A stretch of 47,756 nt of DNA from a virus. Its lineage: Duplodnaviria; Caudoviricetes. Positions 1 through 8,009 of the stretch are shown here, piece by piece. Each line of letters opens with the position of its first letter. The stretch's first letter is position 1. The DNA lies in the IMG/VR virus record IMGVR_UViG_3300024232_000019, positions 1 to 47,756 of that record; one strand, given 5' to 3'. Both the position numbers and the translations under genes were made by a program. The notes under the pieces were generated by a model. It was not told the origin of the DNA. It saw only the letters and a program-made list of their open reading frames with translations, and made no database searches.

Positions 1-16
1 GATGTGGAACCGCTTA

Positions 17-142
17 CTGGGATTCGAATCCGACAGCGTCATCCCTTCGCCTCCTCCGGGATCTCGGTGCGGTTGACAAGCACGAACGCCCCGGCGCGAG
101 CGAGCGCGTGGTAGCGGGTCAGCGCCCCGCCGCCGTCAAGCT
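17..142. repeat. Terminal redundancy, identical to 47631-47756 (circular or circularly permuted assembly)
   Basis: 126-bp exact match to the window end; bases 1-32 also match 47505-47536. Confidence 0.9.
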
Positions 143-707
143 CAAAGGCGGCGCAGACGCCGTCCACGATGTCATCGAGAACCTGGGCGCCGTCCTCCTC
201 GTCGGCGGGAACCTGCACCGTCCAGGTCTTGCGCTTGCGGGCCGGGTGCTTCTTCTTCGGCGCCTGGTGGGTGTGGCCGCAGGTGGGGCAGGTTGTCGGC
301 GCCGCGTCGAGGCGGAAGATGTCGAGGTCGTTCCCGAACGGCACCTGCGCCGAGCAGGGCGCGACGGGCACGTAGTAGATGTCGCCCGTGTGGCTTCCCG
401 TCTGCACGTCGCACCACCAGAGCGCCTGGTCGAGCCAGCGGATCGCCGCCCCGTGCCCTCCGCCCTTGCCGCCCTGGTTGGTGACGAGCGCGTGGCAGGG
501 GGCGCAGAGGCCGATCACGTTGCCGATCACCATCATGTCCGGCAGCCGGATCCACCACACGTCGCCCTTGATCTGGGAGCGGCGGACGAGATGGTGCCCG
601 TGCTCGGCGTCGCTGGAGCAGCGCGGGTTCGCGCAGACGGTGTTCACCGGGTAGACCGCGCCCTTCACCGGCTCGATCTCCCAGGAGTCGATCAGCGGCA
701 GGGTCAT
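39..707 (-). CDS. HNH endonuclease-like protein with C-terminal CxxC motif
   Basis: CANPRC...HGHHLV...NVIGLCAPCH pattern; ATG overlaps the upstream stop (ATGA). Confidence 0.75.
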   Translation of the reverse strand: MTLPLIDSWEIEPVKGAVYPVNTVCANPRCSSDAEHGHHLVRRSQIKGDVWWIRLPDMMVIGNVIGLCAPCHALVTNQGGKGGGHGAAIRWLDQALWWCDVQTGSHTGDIYYVPVAPCSAQVPFGNDLDIFRLDAAPTTCPTCGHTHQAPKKKHPARKRKTWTVQVPADEEDGAQVLDDIVDGVCAAFELDGGGALTRYHALARAGAFVLVNRTEIPEEAKG

Positions 708-1021
708 GTCGGACAGCACCCGTCCCAGGGGCACCAGGCGCTCATGCCGTAGCGCCTCCAGAGCAGCCAGGCGCGGTAGTGCTGCTCCTCGTAGCTCGCG
801 TTCCACGCCGAGCCTCGGCCACCGGCCTCGGCCCAGCCGTCGAGCATGCCGTACAGGTTCCTGCTCGCCCTGCCGTTGCCCGACTCGATGTTGCGGACGC
901 ACTTCATGCCGGGCGAGTTGAGCCACCAGGAGGGTGGCTTGGGCCAGCGTTTCGCGTCGGCTTCGGTGGCGAGCAGCAGGGTGAGCACGGCGAGGATGCA
1001 GAAGCGTTTGACGAGGGTCAC
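704..1021 (-). CDS. Secreted resuscitation-promoting-factor (Rpf)-like lytic transglycosylase
   Basis: Signal peptide (KRFCILAVLTLLLATEADA); IESG...GGRGSAWNASYEEQ...G..AW resembles the Rpf core; GTGA coupling. Confidence 0.7.
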   Translation of the reverse strand: MTLVKRFCILAVLTLLLATEADAKRWPKPPSWWLNSPGMKCVRNIESGNGRASRNLYGMLDGWAEAGGRGSAWNASYEEQHYRAWLLWRRYGMSAWCPWDGCCPT

Positions 1022-1422
1022 GATCCGACCTCCCACACTTGGAAGACATGGTCCTGCTGCGGCACGTTCACGTACTCGGCGGCGGGTGGCAGGAACATCG
1101 CCGCGTTCAGGTCGGGGCCGAGCAGGCGGTAGCGTGCCGTCTTGATCTCGTCCCAGGTCGGGTGGCGGTCGAGGCAGGAGATCGTCATGTGCCAGCGAAG
1201 CTCGCCGCTGTCGAATGGCTCATGGCCGAGCATGATCCGGCACTCGCCCATCGTGAAGGCGTGCAATTCGAAGTCGCCGGGGATCAGGTCACGCGCCTGC
1301 TCGACCAGATCGAACTGCTCCACGATTGGCTGCTCGGTGAAGCTGGGTTCGTGGGTGCCGGGGATCGGCCCCGGCCAGATCTTCGCCCGCCTGCTGTCGT
1401 AGGTGCCGGGGACGCGGCTCAT
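1018..1422 (-). CDS. Conserved phage protein (WHxxIS...PTWDE...EYVN family)
   Basis: GGAGG RBS; motif WHMTISCLDRHPTWDEIK...LPPAAEYVN. Confidence 0.7.
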   Translation of the reverse strand: MSRVPGTYDSRRAKIWPGPIPGTHEPSFTEQPIVEQFDLVEQARDLIPGDFELHAFTMGECRIMLGHEPFDSGELRWHMTISCLDRHPTWDEIKTARYRLLGPDLNAAMFLPPAAEYVNVPQQDHVFQVWEVGS

Positions 1423-1571
1423 GGCCGACCTCCGATCCTCGGGGACTTCCGCGCCGGGGCTGTCAGTCCAACCTCCTGCCCCGTCTTGACCGTTCTCGGC
1501 TCGGTCGGCTGAGCCTGAGCGCCGGACTCGGCGCACGCTCCCTCCACCCCACCGGCCCCGGCGCAGGTCAT
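1419..1571 (-). CDS. Hypothetical 50-aa protein
   Basis: Fills the gap with ATGA overlaps at both ends; no motif. Confidence 0.35.
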   Translation of the reverse strand: MTCAGAGGVEGACAESGAQAQPTEPRTVKTGQEVGLTAPARKSPRIGGRP

Positions 1572-2035
1572 CTTCCCACTCCCAGGGCGGAGGCCGTCGC
1601 CTTCGTGATCTGCTCCGGGGTGAGCAACTCCGCCTCCTCGACCCAGGCGTTCTCGGGCATCCAGCCCTCCGCCGGGACGAAGCCCTCCGGGCAATCGCCC
1701 TCCTCCTCATGGAAGACGCGCAGGTCGGGCGGGTCAGCGATGAAGCGGGCCACGATCCAGCGCTTCACCCAGAAGGGCGGGGGTACTGCCCGCTGCCTGG
1801 CCGGGCGTGGCGTGGCCGATGCCTGGGCGCGGGTGATCATCCTGATCCGCTCCATGATCTCCGCGTACTTGGGGCAGAACTTCCACTCCTTGATCCCGTC
1901 GAGGATCGCCTTGGATGCCACCCTCGCGTCCTCGTAGGCGAGGTTCGCCTCGTACAGCCCCATCTGCTCCTCGGTCATGGAGGGGAAGGCGGACTTGAGG
2001 AAGCCGACCAGGGTGGCTGCCTCCTCGGCCTTCAT
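1568..2035 (-). CDS. Helicase loader/inhibitor-like protein (SPP1 G39P-like N-terminus)
   Basis: EEAATLVGFLKSAFP...AILDGIKEWKFCPKYAEI pattern; replication-module context. Confidence 0.6.
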   Translation of the reverse strand: MKAEEAATLVGFLKSAFPSMTEEQMGLYEANLAYEDARVASKAILDGIKEWKFCPKYAEIMERIRMITRAQASATPRPARQRAVPPPFWVKRWIVARFIADPPDLRVFHEEEGDCPEGFVPAEGWMPENAWVEEAELLTPEQITKATASALGVGR

Positions 2036-2472
2036 CCCATCGCCTCCCGGCCTCGCTCGGTGATGATGTAAACGTCGCGTTCGACCCCCGCCTCTCCCTT
2101 ACGTGTGCCCCCCGTGGGGCGCAGCATCCCGAGCCGCTGAAGCTCGGAGCATCGGGTCGAATACTCGGAGCGGATGCTTACGCCGGGGGCCAGTGTCGCC
2201 GCCTCCTCCGAGGTCAGCCCCTCCTCCCCGAGGCTCGATGCGAAGACCTGAAGCAATTGCCACCTCTGGTTCTTCGCCCTGCCCATCTTGGCGACGGCGT
2301 CGGCGGCGTTGTGCGCCGTCCAGGGGTCGGTGGCGCGAGCCTTCGTTGACGGCTTGATGTCGAGGCTTGGGGCGGCGATCTCCGGGTCGGGCACGGTGCC
2401 CGTCCCCCCGCAGTCGGGGCACGGTGCGCCGTCGCGCCAGCCGACGCCGTAGCAGTCCGGGCAGCTAGCCAT
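2032..2472 (-). CDS. DnaJ-type zinc finger plus winged-helix DNA-binding protein
   Basis: CPDCYGVG and CPDCGGTG; C-terminal GLTSEE...TRCSELQRLG. Confidence 0.6.
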   Translation of the reverse strand: MASCPDCYGVGWRDGAPCPDCGGTGTVPDPEIAAPSLDIKPSTKARATDPWTAHNAADAVAKMGRAKNQRWQLLQVFASSLGEEGLTSEEAATLAPGVSIRSEYSTRCSELQRLGMLRPTGGTRKGEAGVERDVYIITERGREAMG

Positions 2473-2755
2473 CCTCGGCCATCCTGCGGACGACGGAGAG
2501 CGAGGACTCGACGGGCTTGCTCCATTCGAACAGCGCCCTGCCGAAGTACTTCGCCACGGCCATCTCGGTGAAGAACGTGTCCCCGAAGCTCTTCTGGCAC
2601 CACACGAAGGCGATGCCGATCTGCTCGGGGGTGGCGTTGGCCTCCCGTAGCTCGCGCACCGCCGCGTTGCGAAGCCCCCGCCCCGACGGCGAGGGCACGG
2701 GGCCGAAGCGCTCCTCCAGTGCATCCCAGATCTCGTCACGCGGGCGCTCGGTCAT
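2465..2755 (-). CDS. Putative replication protein (DnaD-like helical domain)
   Basis: GGAG RBS; EERFG...ATPEQIGIAF pattern; near the loader-like gene. Confidence 0.45.
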   Translation of the reverse strand: MTERPRDEIWDALEERFGPVPSPSGRGLRNAAVRELREANATPEQIGIAFVWCQKSFGDTFFTEMAVAKYFGRALFEWSKPVESSLSVVRRMAEDG

Positions 2756-3701
2756 CGCTCTCCTCCTGCTGCGCGGCCAGTGAGGCCCGAAGCTGGTCGG
2801 CCAGGTCTGTCTCGTTGACGACGGCGCCCGCGCCTGCGGCCGGACAGACGTTGGCCCAGCCGCAGTAGCCGCAAATCGGCTTGTTGTACTGCTCGTAGAT
2901 CGCGCCGAAGGTGGGCCACGTCTCAAACGGCCCGTACTCCGCCATGTAGCGGTTCGCCCGCAGGCCAAGCTCCTGCACCATCGCCAGCGTCGAGGTCTGC
3001 TGCGGAGCGGTGGGGATGACCGAGAGCGCCGGGAACTCCAGCGGGGTGATCACCTTCTTCGGGCTGACGATGTGGAAGTCCACCGGCAGGTTGCGGGCCA
3101 TGCCGTAGATGCGGGCCTGAAGCTGCCAGTCCGGCTTCACCTCCCGCCGCGCCGTCTTCGTGGTCTTCATGTCCACGATCACGTTCGTGGTGCGCACGTC
3201 GGTGTAGCCAATCAGGCTGATCGGCAGGCCCACGTCGATGTCTAGCTGCTCCTCGACGGCGAGCGGCTGAACCCGGGGCATGACCTCCGCGTGATAGTTG
3301 CCGACCATCGTCAGCGTGTTGGCAAGGCAGTCGTCCTGGCTGTCGTCCCACTCCACCTCGCCGCCGTACTCCTGCTGCTCCGCGATCTGCTCTGCCCAGA
3401 GCTTGTCGGTCAGCATCTCGTTCAGCGTGTCGAGCGGGAGGTCTTCGTGGCTCTCGATCTTCTGGCTGAAGTTCGCCTCCGCGACGGAGTGGAAGGCGCC
3501 GCCCATCACAAGCTGCTGGCCCGGTCGTCGCTTCTCGCCCAGCACGTAGCGGTGGCGGAACTGCTCCGGGCAGCGGGCGAACATGGCGAGCGAGGTGGCG
3601 CTCCAGGAGCGGTTCGGGATCAGCCACCAGTCCGGGATGGGCTTCTCGACGGGGGCTGGTGGTGCCGTCTCGATGTTGAAGTCGTCCAGGTTGAAACTCA
3701 T
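2736..3701 (-). CDS. Cas4/RecB-like PD-(D/E)xK exonuclease
   Basis: SATSL..F.RCP, GYTD, IVDMKT, QARIY and CGYCGWANVC (1+3 Cys arrangement). Confidence 0.85.
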   Translation of the reverse strand: MSFNLDDFNIETAPPAPVEKPIPDWWLIPNRSWSATSLAMFARCPEQFRHRYVLGEKRRPGQQLVMGGAFHSVAEANFSQKIESHEDLPLDTLNEMLTDKLWAEQIAEQQEYGGEVEWDDSQDDCLANTLTMVGNYHAEVMPRVQPLAVEEQLDIDVGLPISLIGYTDVRTTNVIVDMKTTKTARREVKPDWQLQARIYGMARNLPVDFHIVSPKKVITPLEFPALSVIPTAPQQTSTLAMVQELGLRANRYMAEYGPFETWPTFGAIYEQYNKPICGYCGWANVCPAAGAGAVVNETDLADQLRASLAAQQEESDDRAPA

Positions 3702-3735
3702 GCGTCCCCCGTGGGTCGGTGGTGTTTCGTCCGGC

Positions 3736-4074
3736 TCATTTGCTATCGGCCGGAAGAGCATTTCCGTCCGGCTCGTCTGGTAGCGGCGGCAGCGGCGGCA
3801 GCTTCCCACCGGCCGCCTCGTAGATCGTCTGCTCGCCCTCGACGGGGATCTGGTGGATCCAGATGTCCCACTCCAGCTTGTCCGAGTCCCGGGCGGGCTT
3901 GTAGCCGCCGGGGCCTCCATCACCGGCAGACGAGGAGTGGTAGCGACCGCCGAGCTTGATCAGCCCCTCCCGCAGCGTCTCGTCGGTGGTGAGGCAGAAC
4001 ACCATGCGGCTGGGCAGGCAGATGAGGCGCCCGCCTTTCGCCCTGATCCTCTCGACCAGCTTCTCAGCGGTCAT
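3736..4074 (-). CDS. Hypothetical protein
   Basis: Tightly packed in the operon. Confidence 0.6.
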   Translation of the reverse strand: MTAEKLVERIRAKGGRLICLPSRMVFCLTTDETLREGLIKLGGRYHSSSAGDGGPGGYKPARDSDKLEWDIWIHQIPVEGEQTIYEAAGGKLPPLPPLPDEPDGNALPADSK

Positions 4075-4267
4075 CGGGGACGAAGCCGAAGTAAAAGCGG
4101 GGCATGTGGGTGAACTCCATCCAGCCCTCGACGCCGTCCGCCCTGCGGATGACGCGCACGTGCGGGGCACGGAAGGCGACGACTTCGAAGTCCTCTCGTA
4201 GCTGATCGGTCGTCCAGAGGCGCTCGCCCTCGGGTGGCTCCGGCCTGCCGTAGTCGTGGATCGTCAC
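4064..4267 (-). CDS. Hypothetical protein
   Basis: 67 aa, starts 2 nt after the SSB-like gene stop. Confidence 0.65.
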   Translation of the reverse strand: MTIHDYGRPEPPEGERLWTTDQLREDFEVVAFRAPHVRVIRRADGVEGWMEFTHMPRFYFGFVPDDR

Positions 4268-4269
4268 GG

Positions 4270-4989
4270 TCAGAAGGGGAAGTCTTCGTCGCCGGGGGGC
4301 GGGGTGTCGTACTCGTCAACCTGGGCGGTTTGCTGCTGGGCCTGGGGCTGAAGGTCGAAGCCATTCTGGCCCCGCATGATCGCCGTCCTGGCGAAGAAGT
4401 CCGCCATCTTGATCAGAGCGGGCACGCCGTGCTGCTCCTCGGGCAGGTAGGCGAGCATCTTGACGGCAGGCTCCAGCGCCGCCAGGAAGGAGACGCGGCG
4501 GATGAAGGCGTCGTCGGTGACCTCCTGCGGCTGGGGCGGGGGAGGCGGAGGGCTGCCCTGGTTCAGGGCGGGCTGCCCCATGCCGCCGATGGTGTTCGGC
4601 TGGAGGCCCTGTTGGGGCTGCTGCTGCCAGCCCTGGGCCTGCTGCTGGGGCGGCTGCTGCTGCCAGCCCTGCTGCTGCGGTTGCTGCTGCATCTGCGGCT
4701 GGCCCTGCATCGGCGCCACGCCGTTGATCCACTTCGACGTGACCGGCTGGCCCGTCTGGTTCGTCCAGTGGGAGAGGCCGCAGACGAAGGAGAAGCTCTG
4801 GCCGATGGCGCCCATCATCTGCTGGGCGAGGCCCTGCTCCTTCGTGTTCAGGTTGAGCGCGTACTGGCCGGTCGAGCCGAACTCCCTGACCTTGACCACG
4901 AAGCGGCCGTTCGGCTTGATCTCGACACCCTCGACGGTGCCGTTGACGACAACGCTCTCGCTGCCGCCCCCCTGTTCCTGGTAGCTCAT
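4270..4989 (-). CDS. Single-stranded DNA-binding-like protein
   Basis: Beta-rich N-terminus, Q/P-rich linker, acidic tail DEDFPF typical of SSBs. Confidence 0.65.
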   Translation of the reverse strand: MSYQEQGGGSESVVVNGTVEGVEIKPNGRFVVKVREFGSTGQYALNLNTKEQGLAQQMMGAIGQSFSFVCGLSHWTNQTGQPVTSKWINGVAPMQGQPQMQQQPQQQGWQQQPPQQQAQGWQQQPQQGLQPNTIGGMGQPALNQGSPPPPPPQPQEVTDDAFIRRVSFLAALEPAVKMLAYLPEEQHGVPALIKMADFFARTAIMRGQNGFDLQPQAQQQTAQVDEYDTPPPGDEDFPF

Positions 4990-5213
4990 CGGTTCCTTCC
5001 TGTCAGTAGGTAGCCGACCGTCGTGCCGAGAGCAGCGGCGGTCTTGATGATCGGGTCGCCGGGATTGGGCAGGCTCCTGCCCGTCTCCCAGAACCCGATG
5101 GTGCGGTAGTGGACGCCGACGATGTCCGCGAGCGCCCTCTGCGTGTAGCCGTGCTGCCTGCGGAGCTTGCGCAGCCTCGTCGGGAACCCACGCGGAGATG
5201 GTGTATGCGCCAT
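4986..5213 (-). CDS. XRE-family HTH regulator (Cro-like)
   Basis: LRKLRRQHGYTQRALADIVGVHYRTIGFWETG. Confidence 0.9.
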   Translation of the reverse strand: MAHTPSPRGFPTRLRKLRRQHGYTQRALADIVGVHYRTIGFWETGRSLPNPGDPIIKTAAALGTTVGYLLTGRNR

Positions 5214-5289
5214 TCCTCCATCCTACTGCCAGCACCGGACGGTGCGCTAGCCCCGCTGCCCATCTGTGCTGGGTGTTACGGTCTGCGGA
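5214..5289. promoter_or_regulatory. Putative divergent promoters: leftward -10 TAGGAT (5225-5220) and rightward extended -10 TGtTACGGT (5274-5282)
   Basis: TANNNT hexamers, each 6 nt upstream of an in-frame ATG (5213) or ATC (5289), which fits leaderless transcripts. Confidence 0.45.
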
Positions 5290-5372
5290 TCGCCAGCAGA
5301 CTCACCGCCAAGCTGCTCATCGCCACGCTCGTCGTCGCGGTTCTCGCCGCGCTCGTTCTCGGCGGGAGATAG
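5289..5372 (+). CDS. Possible ~27-aa single-TM peptide (start uncertain)
   Basis: IASRLTAKLLIATLVVAVLAALVLGGR; followed by an 11-bp hairpin at 5418-5446. Confidence 0.35.
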   Translation: MASRLTAKLLIATLVVAVLAALVLGGR

Positions 5373-5791
5373 AGATAGGGTGTCCAGCAGGAGGCAGTCG
5401 GGATTGGCCTACTGTCAGACGGCCCGCGCTGCTAACGCGGGCCGTCGCTCTGAGGCGGTGCTGTTTCTTTCCCTGATAGGGATGCCGGATCGGAGTGCAT
5501 AGCTCTCAGCGTCCGAGGTCTTGAGGCGGATCCCACTCGCTTATTCTGCGAAGCCCCTCTTGGTCTGGAGGGCAGTCGGCGGTGGCCCGCTGGCTCCGCT
5601 CTCGCCACATCCTCCTTCGCCTCACGCCCCTGCCGTGTCCCTTGTAGGGCGATCCTGCCGCTTCGCGGAGCCTCGACTCGACTCTCGCTGGAGATGTAGG
5701 GGGCGGATGCGTTAGGCTTCGTCCAGGTTCTTCTTTATCGTCAAGGGGCGAACCTACCACCTTCTCCTGACAGGTGGGTCTGTAGGTAGAC

Positions 5792-5823
5792 GACAGAGGC
5801 TCCTTCGGGGGCCTCTTCGTTTT
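5792..5823 (+). terminator. Rho-independent terminator, plus strand
   Basis: AGAGGCTCC-TTCG-GGGGCCTCT then TCGTTTT; G-U pair only on the plus strand. Confidence 0.7.
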
Positions 5824-5830
5824 CCCGTGG

Positions 5831-5866
5831 AAACGACGAAAGCCCCCCGCGTGAGCAGGGGGCCTC
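5831..5866 (-). terminator. Rho-independent terminator of the accessory operon
   Basis: Minus strand GAGGCCCCCUGC-UCAC-GCGGGGGGCUUU then CGUCGUUU. Confidence 0.7.
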
Positions 5867-5918
5867 GGTCGGGGGGGAAGGACGGTATTCCTTGCGGGAA
5901 TATCGTCCTTCGGCTAGG

Positions 5919-5936
5919 CGGGCAACTACCTCCCCC
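5919..5936. repeat. Long-range inverted repeat, left arm (partner 14548-14565)
   Basis: CGGGCAACTACCTCCCCC vs reverse complement CGGGCAACTACCTCCTCC, 17/18 identical. Confidence 0.6.
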
Positions 5937-5939
5937 GGG

Positions 5940-6119
5940 CTACTTCTCCAGTTCCAGCCTGGCGTGGTGCAGGCGGCGGCGCAGGCCGTAGAGCCTCACC
6001 CGCCTCTTGTGCTGGCCGGTCTTGATCTCATGCGCCAGCGTGTACGCGACGGCGCTGATGAGCGCGTCGATGTCCTCCGAGTTGAGCGTGACGGGCACGA
6101 CCTTCTGGCGGGTAGCCAT
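5940..6119 (-). CDS. Hypothetical basic protein
   Basis: TAATG coupling to the upstream gene. Confidence 0.65.
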   Translation of the reverse strand: MATRQKVVPVTLNSEDIDALISAVAYTLAHEIKTGQHKRRVRLYGLRRRLHHARLELEK

Positions 6120-6316
6120 TACGCCGCCCTCGCCTCTCCCCAGGCGCGGATCTCCTCTGCGTTCCACAGCCGGGTGCCGTCCTCCAGCACCTTCACGGGC
6201 GCCGGGAAGTGCTGCTCCGGCGTCCGCATGATCTCGTTCAGCCTGGTGGGTCGAAGCGAGAGGATGTACTCCAGTTCGCGGCGCCCCACCAGGGCGTCGA
6301 GTGTTGCCTGATCCAT
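6119..6316 (-). CDS. AlpA/excisionase-like HTH protein
   Basis: LVGRREL...FPAPV...RLWNAEEIRAW; strong RBS. Confidence 0.75.
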   Translation of the reverse strand: MDQATLDALVGRRELEYILSLRPTRLNEIMRTPEQHFPAPVKVLEDGTRLWNAEEIRAWGEARAA

Positions 6317-6328
6317 GATTCTCCTCTC

Positions 6329-6580
6329 CTAGTTCCGGGCTGCGAGCGCGGCCATGTAAAGCTCATGGCCCCGCTCCGCCTCCGCGATCATCTCCGGGTC
6401 GGAGGTCGTGTACACGGCCTCCTCGCCGTCGTCGGTGATGAAGATGCAGAGCCGTAGCCCGTCGCCGTCGGCGTCGAGCCTCCTCTGTATCTCGCTGTCG
6501 GGGGCCATCCAGGTGTCCCCGACGTTCGTGCCGTAGGGGCCGCGCTTGACCCCCTTGCCGTGGTTGCCGTGCTGATCCAT
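6329..6580 (-). CDS. Hypothetical protein
   Basis: Preceded by the ACCCACGAAAGGAG box. Confidence 0.75.
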   Translation of the reverse strand: MDQHGNHGKGVKRGPYGTNVGDTWMAPDSEIQRRLDADGDGLRLCIFITDDGEEAVYTTSDPEMIAEAERGHELYMAALAARN

Positions 6581-6598
6581 GTTCTCTCCTTTCGTGGG

Positions 6599-7000
6599 TT
6601 ATCGAGTGCGCTTCCGGGCCAGGTACTCCCGGTCACGCTGGTTCGCGCAGAGCCGACACACGACTGTCCCGTTCTTCCTGGCCTTCAGGTTTTCGGGCAG
6701 CGTGATGTCGTGGCTGCGTGAGCAGCGACCGTCCGGCCAGCGGTGCAGCCGGACATGCTCGCGTCGTGTTACCGCGAGCAGGTGCGTCGGGTTGAAGCAG
6801 GTTCGACGCTCGCAGGCGTGATGGACAAGTTCGGCTTCACCAATCCAGATCTCGTAGGCGAGTCGATGAACGAGCCTGAGGCGACCGTCGATCTTGACGT
6901 GTCCGTAGCCATGAGTGTCGAGTGCTCCTGTCCAGATCCAGCACTCACCATCGAGGGTGCGGTTCCGCAGCAAGCGCTTGGCTACCTGTCCCAAATCCAT
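6599..7000 (-). CDS. HNH homing-endonuclease-like protein
   Basis: CWIWTG...GYG...VHRLAYE...HHAC...CFNPTHL and C-terminal CxxxH...CxxC. Confidence 0.85.
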   Translation of the reverse strand: MDLGQVAKRLLRNRTLDGECWIWTGALDTHGYGHVKIDGRLRLVHRLAYEIWIGEAELVHHACERRTCFNPTHLLAVTRREHVRLHRWPDGRCSRSHDITLPENLKARKNGTVVCRLCANQRDREYLARKRTR

Positions 7001-7929
7001 ACACGCTCCTTCTCCATGAAGGCAGCGTCGTCCGGCCCCTTGATGTAGGGCGAGATCCACTTCTGGCGGTGGATCCCAAGCGACGGGTACCACTGGTCAC
7101 GCCAGTGGCCCCGCACCATGAAGCGGTGCGAGTAGTGCGCCTCGCCCGGCTCGCCGTCGTGCTTGGTCGTGACGCGGCGAAGCTCCACCACGATCACGTC
7201 CTTCACCTCCGGCATCCCTCGCCGCTTCGCCTCGCGCCACACCGGCCGCGAGGTGCGCTGCCGCGCCTTGGCGACGATCCTCTCCGCCATCAGGCGGTGC
7301 AGGACACGCAGGTAGGTGATCCAGTCGGCGTTCCTGTCTCCCTCGCCCCGGGTGTGGGCGAGTTGGTTGGCGAACGCGAGCGGCATCGTCGTGGCGTGCA
7401 GGACGCCCCAGGGGCCGGGGACGCCCGCGTTCCAGACCTCGCTGTAGTCGTCCTTGTCGCCCGTGTTCGACCAGAGCGTGATCGTCAGGCACATCGTCGG
7501 GCCTGCCTCGCCGCCGTTGGCCGTGGCGAAGCTCTCGGGCAGGTCCACGATCCCCATGCGCCAGTGGATCGCCCGGAACGCGGCCGTCTTCCCGGCCATG
7601 TCGGGGCCGAGGAACGGCTCCGACAGGTAGGCGAACCCGCAGCGGAAGAGCACGTCCTCTTCGTGCAGCGGCTCCCTGGCGTCGAAGCTCTGCATCGCGT
7701 CCAGGACGAGGTGGTGCATCTCCGGGGCGACGTAGAGCGGCTCCGCCACGATCAGGTCATCGACCATCGTGGCGAAGGCCATCGCGGAGGGCTGGGCTGC
7801 CCCGCTGCCGTACTTCCTGGCCCGGTCGAACAGCCAGAAACGCTCGTACTGCTTGCCCGTGGCGGATGTCATCAGCGCCAGCACCTCGCTCTGGGCCGAC
7901 AGGGCCGTCTCCCAGTTCTGTCGTTGCAT
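6982..7929 (-). CDS. Conserved phage protein with C-terminal VRGHWR motif
   Basis: Start follows a repeat unit; HRFMVRGHWRDQWY...WISPYIKGP. Confidence 0.8.
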   Translation of the reverse strand: MQRQNWETALSAQSEVLALMTSATGKQYERFWLFDRARKYGSGAAQPSAMAFATMVDDLIVAEPLYVAPEMHHLVLDAMQSFDAREPLHEEDVLFRCGFAYLSEPFLGPDMAGKTAAFRAIHWRMGIVDLPESFATANGGEAGPTMCLTITLWSNTGDKDDYSEVWNAGVPGPWGVLHATTMPLAFANQLAHTRGEGDRNADWITYLRVLHRLMAERIVAKARQRTSRPVWREAKRRGMPEVKDVIVVELRRVTTKHDGEPGEAHYSHRFMVRGHWRDQWYPSLGIHRQKWISPYIKGPDDAAFMEKERVWIWDR

Positions 7930-8009
7930 GCTTGCCTCCTTCGTGGGTGGACTCCCCTGCTGGGGAGCCTGGAGAGGGGCAGGCGCCGCAAGGCCCGCCC
8001 CCTCCCCTG

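Noticed and set aside
17-32. GGATTCGAATCC as a tRNA T-arm or attP core
   Set aside because: No cloverleaf around it, it lies in coding sequence, and no integrase is present
2736-3701. Cas4-like nuclease as evidence of a CRISPR system
   Set aside because: Solo Cas4/RecB-like exonucleases are common in phage recombination modules
4560-4710. CTG-rich low-complexity tract
   Set aside because: Explained by the Q/P-rich linker of the SSB-like protein
5506-5760. 84-aa minus-strand ORF
   Set aside because: No recognisable motif and atypical composition; the internal ATG abuts its SD with no spacing
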